Positions 1 to 9,811 of a DNA stretch of 64,000 bases are shown piece after piece; the first letter of the stretch is position 1, and the number at the start of each line of letters is the position of its first letter. The stretch covers positions 96,001-160,000 of the forward strand of contig CBFGKH010000003.1 in NCBI GenBank assembly GCA_965649295.1, written 5' to 3'. Position numbers and translations under genes: made by a program. Source of the stretch: a candidate division WOR-3 bacterium. Lineage in GTDB: Bacteria > Hydrothermota > Tepidihabitantia > Tepidihabitantales > Tepidihabitantaceae. The notes below the pieces were generated by a model, which was not told the origin of the DNA, did not search any database, and saw only the letters and a program-made list of their open reading frames with translations.

Positions 1-180
1 GATCTGGTCATTGAAGCTGCGCGTGATGTCAATCGCGGTGGCATGGAAGCCCTGGTCCTTGAGCGACTGCATCACCCGCTGCCCAGAGAGCAGCGATATT
101 TCGCGCTCGCTCGACCAGCCGCCCATCAGCACACCAATCTTCCGCTTGCGCAGCCTGCGAACGATATCACTTCTGCTCAT
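1..180 (-). CDS. ddl: D-alanine--D-alanine ligase, N-terminal part (runs off window)
   Basis: Manual translation from ATG at 180: MSRSDIVRRLRKRKIGVLMGGWSSEREISLLSG...; GGxSxERE(I/V)S is the Ddl N-terminal motif. Not in the ORF track because it is truncated. Confidence 0.9.
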   Translation of the reverse strand, partial: MSRSDIVRRLRKRKIGVLMGGWSSEREISLLSGQRVMQSLKDQGFHATAIDITRSFNDQI

Positions 181-218
181 CTAACACCTCGATTCCGGAT
201 GCCAAATCCGTCCTCTGG

Positions 219-246
219 ATTCGCCATTCGTCATTCGGAATTCGTC
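219..246. repeat. Four tandem heptamers ATTCGnn
   Basis: attcgcc attcgtc attcgga attcgtc, between nfnB and ddl. Confidence 0.75.
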
Positions 247-248
247 TC

Positions 249-1646
249 TCACCAAACGCCGGTCCGCAAATACTCATCAATCGAGTTAGCGGCAATCCGG
301 CCTGCACCCATCGCCAGAATCACCGTGGCCGCACCGGTAACAATGTCGCCGCCGGCAAATACGCCGCGCTTGCTCGTGCGGCCGGTCTTCGGGTCAGCGA
401 CAACATTGCCCCACTTGGCCACTTCCAGCCCCGGGGTTGTCTGCGGTATCAGCGGATTGGGGCTGTTACCGATTGCGACGACCACCGTGTCAACCGGAAT
501 CCGGAACTCGCTCCCTTTCACCGGCACTGGCCGCCGCCGGCCGCTCGCGTCCGGTTCGCCCAGCTCCATCCGCAGACACTCCACCTCACGCACCCAGCCC
601 TCGCTATCAGCGATGTATCGGACCGGATTGGTCAGCAGGTGGAACTCGATACCTTCCTCTTCGGCGTGGTGAATCTCTGCCTGCCGGGCCGGCATCTCGT
701 CGCGGGACCGACGATAGATTATCATTGACTTCTCCGCGCCCAGTCGCAGCGCGGTCCGGGCAGCATCCATTGCCACATTGCCCCCGCCAATCGTCGCCAC
801 CCGCTTGCCGCGCACAATCGGCGTGTCATACTTGGGAAACAGGTAAGCCTTCATCAGATTCGACCGGGTCAAATACTCATTGGCCGAATAGACCCCAAGG
901 TAGTTCTCGCCCGGAATCCCCATAAAGGTCGGCAACCCGGCGCCAGTGCCAACAAAGACCGCATCAAACTCAGCCAGCAGCTCGTCCACGGTGCGCAGCT
1001 TGCCCACGACGTAGTTCAGATGAAGCGTCACACCCATCGAGCGAATGAAGTTCACCTCGCGCTCGACAATCGCCTTGGGCAACCGAAACTCCGGAATGCC
1101 ATAGACCAGCACACCACCCGGCTTGTGCAGTGCCTCGAAAACCGTGACCGAATGCCCGAGCTTTGCACAGTCGCTCGCTACTGTCAGCCCGGCCGGCCCA
1201 GCGCCCACCACCGCTACCTTCTTGCCGGTCGGCGGCTGCATTTGGCACATCACACATTCGCTCTGCTCAGCCTCCCAGTCAGCGATAAACCGTTCCAGAT
1301 TGCCAATCGCCACCGGCTCCATCTTCTTCGCCAGCACACACTCGCCCTCGCACTGAGTCTCCTGCGGACAGACCCGACCACAGATTGCCGGCAACGTGTT
1401 CTTCGCCTTCATTATTTTCATCGCTTCCCAGAAGTTGCCCAGCGCAATCTGGCCGATGAAGCCCGGGATATCAATGTTTACCGGACATCCCTGCACGCAG
1501 CCCGGCTTCTTGCACGCAAGACAGCGCTTCGCCTCCTCAACCGCCTCTTCCGGCGAATAGCCGTAGGGCACCTCGTCAAAATTGCGGGCCCGAACCTTCG
1601 GGTCCTGCTCGCGCATCGGCGTCTTCTTCGGGCTTGGCTTAGGCAT
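249..1646 (-). CDS. nfnB: NfnB / GltD-like large subunit of NADH-dependent reduced ferredoxin:NADP+ oxidoreductase (often annotated as NADPH-dependent glutamate synthase GltA)
   Basis: RCLAC..C..GCP and CGRVCPQE..C Fe-S motifs, GAGPAG and GGGNVAMD dinucleotide motifs, FAGGD; coupled to an nfnA-like gene. Start placed at ATG 1646 (MPKPSPKK). Confidence 0.88.
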   Translation of the reverse strand: MPKPSPKKTPMREQDPKVRARNFDEVPYGYSPEEAVEEAKRCLACKKPGCVQGCPVNIDIPGFIGQIALGNFWEAMKIMKAKNTLPAICGRVCPQETQCEGECVLAKKMEPVAIGNLERFIADWEAEQSECVMCQMQPPTGKKVAVVGAGPAGLTVASDCAKLGHSVTVFEALHKPGGVLVYGIPEFRLPKAIVEREVNFIRSMGVTLHLNYVVGKLRTVDELLAEFDAVFVGTGAGLPTFMGIPGENYLGVYSANEYLTRSNLMKAYLFPKYDTPIVRGKRVATIGGGNVAMDAARTALRLGAEKSMIIYRRSRDEMPARQAEIHHAEEEGIEFHLLTNPVRYIADSEGWVREVECLRMELGEPDASGRRRPVPVKGSEFRIPVDTVVVAIGNSPNPLIPQTTPGLEVAKWGNVVADPKTGRTSKRGVFAGGDIVTGAATVILAMGAGRIAANSIDEYLRTGVW

Positions 1647-2508
1647 TTCGGCACTCCTTGTGCGCACCGCAGCAACCTGCAGCTCGCTGAGCCTCGAACT
1701 GCTCCAGCGACAGCTTCTCCTCGGGCAAGTAAGTGCGGAGCCGGGCCATCAGCAGGTCAAAATCAACCTTGTGCCCGTCAAACTCTGGGCCGTCAACGCA
1801 GGCGAACTTCGTCTCACCACCGACATCAACCCGGCAGACACCACACATCCCGGTCGCGTCGAGCATGATTGGGTTGAGACTCACTGTTGTCGGAATACCG
1901 TATGGCCCGGTCAGCTTCGAGACCATCTTCATCATGATTACCGGGCCAACCGCAAAGAGATGACCAATCTTCTCTCCGCGGTCAATCACGGCCTTGAGCA
2001 TATCGGTCACAAACCCCTTCTGACCATACGAGCCATCGTCGGTACAAACAATCAGCTCGGTAGAAGCCGACCGCATCTCTTCTTCCATCAACACCAGCTC
2101 TTTTGAGCGAAAACCGATGATGGAAATGACCTTGTTACCGGCCGCCTTCAGGGCCTTGGCAACCGGATAGACCTCGGGTGTGCCCACGCCGCCGCCAACA
2201 CAGACCACAGTCCCGTAGTTCTCGATATGGGTTGGCTGACCGAGCGGACCAATCAGGTCTAGGATGGTGTCACCAACCTCGAGCGTGCCCAGCAGCTTTG
2301 TTGACTTCCCCACCTCTTGGAACACGATAACCAGAATCCCCTTATCCGGATCGGTGTCAGCCACGGTCAACGGAATCCGCTCACCCTCCTCGTTCACCCG
2401 TAGAACAACAAACTGCCCGGGTCGGGCCTTGCGGGCGATTTCCGGCGCGTCGAGGTCAAAACGTTTGATAACCGGCGACAGCACCTGCTTGGCGAGAATC
2501 CTGGTCGT
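1639..2508 (-). CDS. nfnA: NfnA (sulfide/dihydroorotate dehydrogenase-like FAD/NAD-binding [2Fe-2S] subunit)
   Basis: PGQFV, ERIPLT, GPLG, GGGVG, MLDATGMCGVCR, CVDGPEF. Start uncertain: GTG 2484 in the track, or ACG 2508 behind AAGGAGG. Confidence 0.88.
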   Translation of the reverse strand, partial: TTRILAKQVLSPVIKRFDLDAPEIARKARPGQFVVLRVNEEGERIPLTVADTDPDKGILVIVFQEVGKSTKLLGTLEVGDTILDLIGPLGQPTHIENYGTVVCVGGGVGTPEVYPVAKALKAAGNKVISIIGFRSKELVLMEEEMRSASTELIVCTDDGSYGQKGFVTDMLKAVIDRGEKIGHLFAVGPVIMMKMVSKLTGPYGIPTTVSLNPIMLDATGMCGVCRVDVGGETKFACVDGPEFDGHKVDFDLLMARLRTYLPEEKLSLEQFEAQRAAGCCGAHKECRNA

Positions 2509-2631
2509 AAGGCCTCCTTATGGATGATGTTGTCCAGATTGAGCAGCCGGACTACCTGCAAGGACCCGGCAGCGAACTCGGGCCCCGAGATTGGTCTGAA
2601 CCGGCTCCAACTGCCGTTCGCAACAGCCATA

Positions 2632-2659
2632 AGCATATAGACAAATCAGAATTAGTCAA
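2632..2659 (-). promoter_or_regulatory. Sigma70-like promoter for nfnAB-ddl
   Basis: Minus strand TTGACT-N16-TATGCT. Confidence 0.55.
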
Positions 2660-2874
2660 GGGACTGAAAAACGATACCAAGCTCCCTGCCTGCCAAGGGG
2701 TTACAGCCGTTTCCCGCAAACGACCGAGCTACTACCCTAACACGCTAACCGATTGACAACAGAGAGAATAGCAAGGCCCGCCCCTAACCCAAACCACCCT
2801 GGCCGGCTTCACATTATTGGCTCTCCAGCTCACCAGCCAGAACCCGAGCAAGGCCTATTCGAGGGAGTGGCAGG

Positions 2875-3138
2875 AACAGACCGCCAGACCACTTGGGCAA
2901 GCCTGTGCCCAAGGCCAAGGCAGGCCCATCTCCAGACCGCAGGCCAAACAGCCCGAGCAAGAGCCGCCCATACACAATAGCAAACAGCCTTCCCAGCTCT
3001 GGTCAGAAGAGCTGCCCGGACATTCTGCCCAACCCCGCCACCAGCTTATCCATCAGTAGTCCGACCCGCACCTTACCAGACAGCCTCACCAAGGGTTCAG
3101 GGAACCACTCCCGGGACAGTCCCCGGGGTGGGGTATAC
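2875..3138. repeat. Degenerate 12-nt periodic tract (about 22 units)
   Basis: Units include aacagaccgcca, aacagcccgagc, aagagccgccca, aacagccttccc, aagagctgcccg, gacagcctcacc and gacagtccccgg, all in one 12-nt register. Confidence 0.55.
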
Positions 3139-3249
3139 AGAAACGCACTACACACCTAACTGGCTGTCATGCAGAGACTTGCACCAAGAGCCGGGCGCAG
3201 GTCTCTGTGAACTTCAAAGTACACAGAGAGCACGGGCGTATCCTTGGCT

Positions 3250-3362
3250 AACTCGTATCCACCATTAGGCCCTTCTCCATTCAGGCTGAACAAATTCCGA
3301 CCGGCTGGCACCGGCACTCCAACGGAACTCGTATCCACCATTAGGCCCTTCTCCATTCAGGC
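3250..3362. repeat. Perfect 37-bp direct repeat pair separated by 39 bp
   Basis: AACTCGTATCCACCATTAGGCCCTTCTCCATTCAGGC at 3250-3286 and 3326-3362. Confidence 0.9.
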
Positions 3363-3457
3363 CCTGGCTCGGATTCTAACCAACCAAACCCTACAGACGA
3401 CATCCGTAAGGCAAGAAGCCACCATGACTGACAATTAGATGCAAACACCGTTTTCCC

Positions 3458-3827
3458 GTCATTCCGAACGAGCAGAGCGAGTGAGGAATCGCCGGACAAC
3501 GAACAACGAAGACCCTCGACTGCGCTCGGGGTGACGTGCGGGTTCTTCGCTCGGTTCAGGGTGACGTGATAGGGTCTTCTCTCCGCTCGGGATGGTATGA
3601 AATGCAAGGTAACACGAGAAGGCTTTGCCACGTTCGGTTGACTGGTGACCCGCCGGACACCCAGATTCGTCTCCTCCCTGTCATTCCGAGCGCAGGTCGC
3701 AAGGCCGGAGTCGAGGAATCGTCGGCAATAAGGGACAAAGACCCCTCGACTATGCTCGGGGTGACTTGATGGGTCTTCGCTCCGCTCGGCATGACATGAA
3801 GGCGGCTTTGTCACGCTCAGGGTGGTA
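3458..3827. repeat. Cluster of REP-like palindromic elements (GTCATTCCGA...GAGGAATC / ...CTCGACT..GCTCGGGGTGAC family)
   Basis: Left arms at 3458-3490 and 3679-3720; complementary right arms at 3511-3535, 3541-3565, 3572-3596, 3740-3765 and 3771-3796; related copy at 29102-29177. Confidence 0.8.
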
Positions 3828-3874
3828 TAGCCGTAGCATACCTTGCCCGGCCATCATCGTATCGTTCCGACTCC

Positions 3875-3902
3875 TTGACCGGCCCACCGACCCATCTAGA
3901 AT
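3875..3902 (+). promoter_or_regulatory. Sigma70-like promoter; uvrB probably leaderless
   Basis: TTGACC-N16-TAGAAT, ending 6 nt before the GTG start; no Shine-Dalgarno. Confidence 0.65.
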
Positions 3903-3908
3903 CGAACT

Positions 3909-5942
<2,034 letters not shown>

Positions 5943-5961
5943 ACTGCGGTTCTCGGCGACG

Positions 5962-7050
5962 TTAGCGACCAAGAAGATTCAGTAACAGGCTCTGCAGCGG
6001 GCTCGGCACTGAAAATGCGTGCTCGGGGCAAAGCTCGGCGCAGCAGTAGCAAGATATGCACTTGCGCCGGTCAATCTGAGGATACGGACTCATCGCAATT
6101 GCCTCAGCCGGACAGCTCTCTGCACAGCGCTGACAGCGGATACATCTTGACTTGGCAAGCACCGGTGGGTGACGTCCCAGCCGCGAATAGATTGCTCCAA
6201 AGATTGGGCTGGCCAGTCCGGCAATCCGCTGCGATGGTAAGCGGAATCCGACAATCGGCGCGAACTCACCGACTATTCTGATTTCCTCTGGTCGCACCGG
6301 CCCCAGCCTGCGTTCGCCGGCGATGCGCAACATCGGCACATCAGTCGGCTGCGCTCCAGCCATCAGCGCCATCACGGTGTCGAGCGCAACCGGACTAGTG
6401 CTGGCGAGCAGCTTGCCAATGGCCAGCACCCGGCCGCCACTGGGCCCGTTCTGCCCATCCATTCCCCGCAGAGCGTCCATAATGTTCAGCACCGGCACTG
6501 GCACCGCCGCGTAGATATCAACCAGCAGCTCGGCAAAATCGAGCGGATTCGAGCAGACGCGATGCAGATAGGACTTGTGCCCGCCTGGTATCAGCCCGAA
6601 CAGATTTTTGACCGCGCCAGTGAGCATAGTCAGGGCATGAGTCTTGAACACGGGCAGGTTGAGAATGACGTCGGATTCAGTTATCAGGTGTGACACTGGC
6701 ACATCACTGACAAACCGCGACCTGATGGCAAGCCTCTCGGGTCGAGCTGTGCTGGTTCGGAAGGTGCCCTCGCTCGCTTCGATTACTCCGGTTCGGCCAA
6801 GATAGGTCTCAACATTCCTGGTCAGCGAGCCGCCCGGGTTGTCATGGACAAAAGGAACTGCGCCGCGTGCGCGCAGGCCGCGGACCACTACCCGGATTAG
6901 TTCGGGATCGGTAGTAACACCGGCTTCTGGCGGGTAAGGACCGAGCAGGTTCGGCTTGACCCAGACGCGTTTGGCACGGAAGTCGAATTGAAGAAAGTCG
7001 AGCGCTTCGTCAACCGCTGCCGGCAGCGCTGTAACGCGCCGCACCAGCAC
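5962..7050 (-). CDS. DUF362 domain protein with C-terminal 2x[4Fe-4S] ferredoxin domain
   Basis: VKPNL, TTDP, NLPVFKTH, TGAVKNLFG, DALRGMDG.GP; two CxxCxxCxxxCP motifs. Confidence 0.88.
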   Translation of the reverse strand: MLVRRVTALPAAVDEALDFLQFDFRAKRVWVKPNLLGPYPPEAGVTTDPELIRVVVRGLRARGAVPFVHDNPGGSLTRNVETYLGRTGVIEASEGTFRTSTARPERLAIRSRFVSDVPVSHLITESDVILNLPVFKTHALTMLTGAVKNLFGLIPGGHKSYLHRVCSNPLDFAELLVDIYAAVPVPVLNIMDALRGMDGQNGPSGGRVLAIGKLLASTSPVALDTVMALMAGAQPTDVPMLRIAGERRLGPVRPEEIRIVGEFAPIVGFRLPSQRIAGLASPIFGAIYSRLGRHPPVLAKSRCIRCQRCAESCPAEAIAMSPYPQIDRRKCISCYCCAELCPEHAFSVPSPLQSLLLNLLGR

Positions 7051-7131
7051 CGTCTCGGGCTGAACCGAACCGGCCTGGCCCGAACCGCTGGCAGAGAGAG
7101 GAGTGACGGTCAGAAGAAGACTGCGACCGGT

Positions 7132-7320
7132 CTAGAGCTTTCCGGGCAAGATATAGAGAATGTTGCTCGGCGAAATATCGGCGTTCGACATTGCCGACTT
7201 CTCTTCCGGCACGCCCGGTACATCGCTGAACTTAACATCTACCGCTCGAATCATCCCTTCTTTCAGCGTATAGGCAGTGCAAGTAACAGTACCGCCAGAC
7301 TTGAGGAAAATCACCGGCAT
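7132..7320 (-). CDS. Small hypothetical protein (62 aa)
   Basis: Strong RBS (AGGAGGTG) right after the acyl-CoA dehydrogenase stop; globular-looking sequence; fills the operon gap. Confidence 0.75.
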   Translation of the reverse strand: MPVIFLKSGGTVTCTAYTLKEGMIRAVDVKFSDVPGVPEEKSAMSNADISPSNILYILPGKL

Positions 7321-7332
7321 CTAGCTCACCTC

Positions 7333-8529
7333 CTATTCGGGCCGGGGCAGGTTCACGCGGGTCGGTTTGTCGGTCCGCAACCCTAGGGAGTAGTCAGCCT
7401 GGAGCAGGGTGTGAATCTCACGCGACCCCTCGTAAATCTGGGCACCCTTAGCGTTACGATAGAACCGCTCGACATTGTACTCATTGGAGAAGCCATAGGC
7501 ACCATGAATCTGAACCGCATTCGACGCGGCCCGTTCTGAGCGCTCACAGGCATACATCTTGGCAAGCGATGTCTCCCGCGTGTTGCGCCGACCTTCGTTC
7601 TTCAGCCAGCCGGCCCTGAGCCAGAGCAACCGGCTCGCCTCATAGTCAGCCACCATCTCGGCAATCATTGCCTTGATGAGCTGATGTTCGGCAATCGGCC
7701 GGCCGAAAGTCGTCCGAGTCTGGGCATACTCAACCGACGCATCAAGGCAGGCGCGAATCAGGCCGGTAGCCCCCGCGGCGACTGTGTAGCGGCCCTGGTC
7801 AATCGCAAACATCGCAATCTTGAAACCCTCGCCCTCGTTGCCTAACCGGTTGGCTGCCGGCACCCGCACCTCATCGAGCGCAATCGAACCGGTGTTGCCA
7901 GCACGGACACCAAGCTTGCCGTGAATCGTCGCGGTCGAGAGCCCCTTCATGCCTCGTTCCAGCAGAAAGGCCGACATCCCGGAGTGGTCGCGCTGCTTTT
8001 TCTTCTCGATGTCGGTCCAGGCGATTACCAGGAAGTGGTCGGCAACATCGGCAAGCGAAATCCACATCTTCTCACCGGTCAGGACATAATCGTTCCCGTC
8101 TTTGCGGGCGATGGTCTGAATACCCAGCGCATCGCTGCCGGCCGCTGGTTCGGTCAGGCCAAAGGTGGCAACCTTCTCGCCTTTGGCCTGCGGCACGAGC
8201 CAGCGTTGTTTCTGTTCTTCGGTTCCCCAACTAAGCAGGGTAAGCGAGTTCAGACCGATGTGCACCGAAAGCACGACCCGCAGCGAGGTGTCCACATATT
8301 CGAGCTCCTCGCAGGCCAGGCCGAGTGCAATGTAGTCATTGCCGGTGCCGCCGTAGCGAGGCGGTAGTGAGAGCCCGAGGATGCCGGCTTCGGCCATGCC
8401 GCGCAGCACCGCCGGGTCGAATATCCCTTTCTCATCCCGTTCCTTGATAGTGGGCGCGACCACCCGATTGGCGAACTCCCGCGTAAGTGATTGGACCATC
8501 AATTGGTCATCGGTGAAATCAAGATTCAT
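7333..8529 (-). CDS. Acyl-CoA dehydrogenase family protein
   Basis: FGLTEPAAGSDA, GEKMWIS, KLGVRA, GEGFKIAM, R..FGRPI, QIHGAYG, IYEGSREI. Confidence 0.95.
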   Translation of the reverse strand: MNLDFTDDQLMVQSLTREFANRVVAPTIKERDEKGIFDPAVLRGMAEAGILGLSLPPRYGGTGNDYIALGLACEELEYVDTSLRVVLSVHIGLNSLTLLSWGTEEQKQRWLVPQAKGEKVATFGLTEPAAGSDALGIQTIARKDGNDYVLTGEKMWISLADVADHFLVIAWTDIEKKKQRDHSGMSAFLLERGMKGLSTATIHGKLGVRAGNTGSIALDEVRVPAANRLGNEGEGFKIAMFAIDQGRYTVAAGATGLIRACLDASVEYAQTRTTFGRPIAEHQLIKAMIAEMVADYEASRLLWLRAGWLKNEGRRNTRETSLAKMYACERSERAASNAVQIHGAYGFSNEYNVERFYRNAKGAQIYEGSREIHTLLQADYSLGLRTDKPTRVNLPRPE

Positions 8530-9811
8530 GCTGTCTCCTTCTGATTAGAACTGTCATCTTCAATCGCCGTGATGCGCTCAACGTTCAGCTTGCTGCCCAG
8601 CCGGCTGGTGCGAATCTCCTCGACAAGCGCCGGGAGCGGAAAGAGTTGCTGCTGTTGCAGCAGCAGGGCCAGGCCGCGCAGAGCAGCGGCCCGGCCATAC
8701 CACGAATGTCGGCAGTGATAACTTGGGCGCCGGTCTGGGGAACAGACAGTGACCGGTCAATGATGAGCGTCCCGGCCCTTAGCTGGCCTATTGTATCAGC
8801 GTAGTAGGCCAGCCCGTCGGCTGAGGTGATAACAACATAGTCAGGGACAATCGCGCCGGCATAGAGGATTGGCTCTGGCGAGAGCACGATGTCGGCAACC
8901 GAGTAACCGGTGCTGACTGTCACCGGATAGGCGCCACGTTTGGCCACGTGCAGGCCGGCCGCCATCGCGGCGCGGCAGAAAAGCTCGGCTGCGACCTGCA
9001 CCCCTTCGCCGGCTGAACCGCCAAGCGGCAGAGAAACTCTGCTGGTCAAAGCTGAACGATGGCTAGGCGTGACCGTTCGCACATCGAGCAGTGAGCCAAG
9101 AACAGACCGTTGGGTCAGGCGGAATCGCTCGGCATTGGGGCAGGTCAGGCGGCCTAGTTCCAGGCCAGCAGCCCGAATAATCTCGTCAAGATGACGTCCA
9201 GGATTGTGCTTAACACCGTAGCTCGGACATTGCTCAATTACCTCAACCAAAGCAAACCCGGGCGTTGTCAGTGCCTCGACAATCGCCGACGAGAAGTCGC
9301 CCCGGCCAATGACGCGGTAGGCACTAGCCGCGCCGGCCGAATGAACGCGCTGGAGGATATCGTAGCCGTGTAACTGGTGGCCATCCGAACAGGTGGGTGT
9401 CCGAAAACCGCAAGGCGTCAGCCCGCTGGGCTGACCACCAGTCATCCCGTAGAGCAGATTATTGTGGAGAATCGCTGTCACCGGAAAGTTGCGGTGGGCT
9501 GCCTCAATCAAATGCTGCAACCCGATGATTGCTCCGCCGTCGCCAAGGTAGGCGATTACCTTCTTAGTATCGGGCTGACAGGCAGCGATGCCCGCTGCCA
9601 AGGCGATGGCGCGGCCATGCAGTCCGTGCACGGTGTGCGTCCGAAAGTGTCGGTCAATGATACCATGACAACCGATGTCGGTAACCAGGATGACATCGAG
9701 CGGTTCGAGGCCGAGGGTTTCGAGCGCCCGCACCGTATTGCGCACAACCAGCGCATGACCACAGCCGCTGCAGAACGGTAATGGTGCGTCCGTGAGAAAA
9801 CGGCTACTCAC
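8526..9811 (-). CDS. 2-oxoacid:ferredoxin oxidoreductase beta (TPP-binding)-gamma fusion; probable frameshift near 8690
   Basis: FCSGCGH, TDIGC, HGLHGRA, GDGG, NNLLYGMTGGQ, CPSY, then gamma motif GSAGEGVQ. GTG 9811 overlaps the end of the alpha gene. The annotated frame stops at 8585; an alternative frame ends at 8526. Confidence 0.85.

Noticed and set aside
249..1646. Glutamate synthase small subunit (gltD) as the functional call
   Set aside because: No gltB is nearby, and coupling to an NfnA-type gene indicates NfnAB.
43..2106. Plus-strand ORFs 43..672, 1020..1868, 1582..2106 and similar antisense ORFs across the window
   Set aside because: Shadow frames opposite well-supported genes in GC-rich DNA, with no recognisable motifs.
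3250..3362. Calling a bona fide CRISPR array
   Set aside because: Only two repeats, no degenerate third copy at the 76-bp period, no typical repeat terminus and no cas genes; kept as a repeat and a finding.
3341..3814. ORFs 3341..3814, 3536..3769 and 3556..3792
   Set aside because: They are translations of the palindromic repeat cluster (repeated HVTPS/CHAERS-like peptides).
3830..3908. LexA/SOS box upstream of uvrB
   Set aside because: I found no convincing CTGT-N8-ACAG or GAAC-N4-GTTC match by eye.
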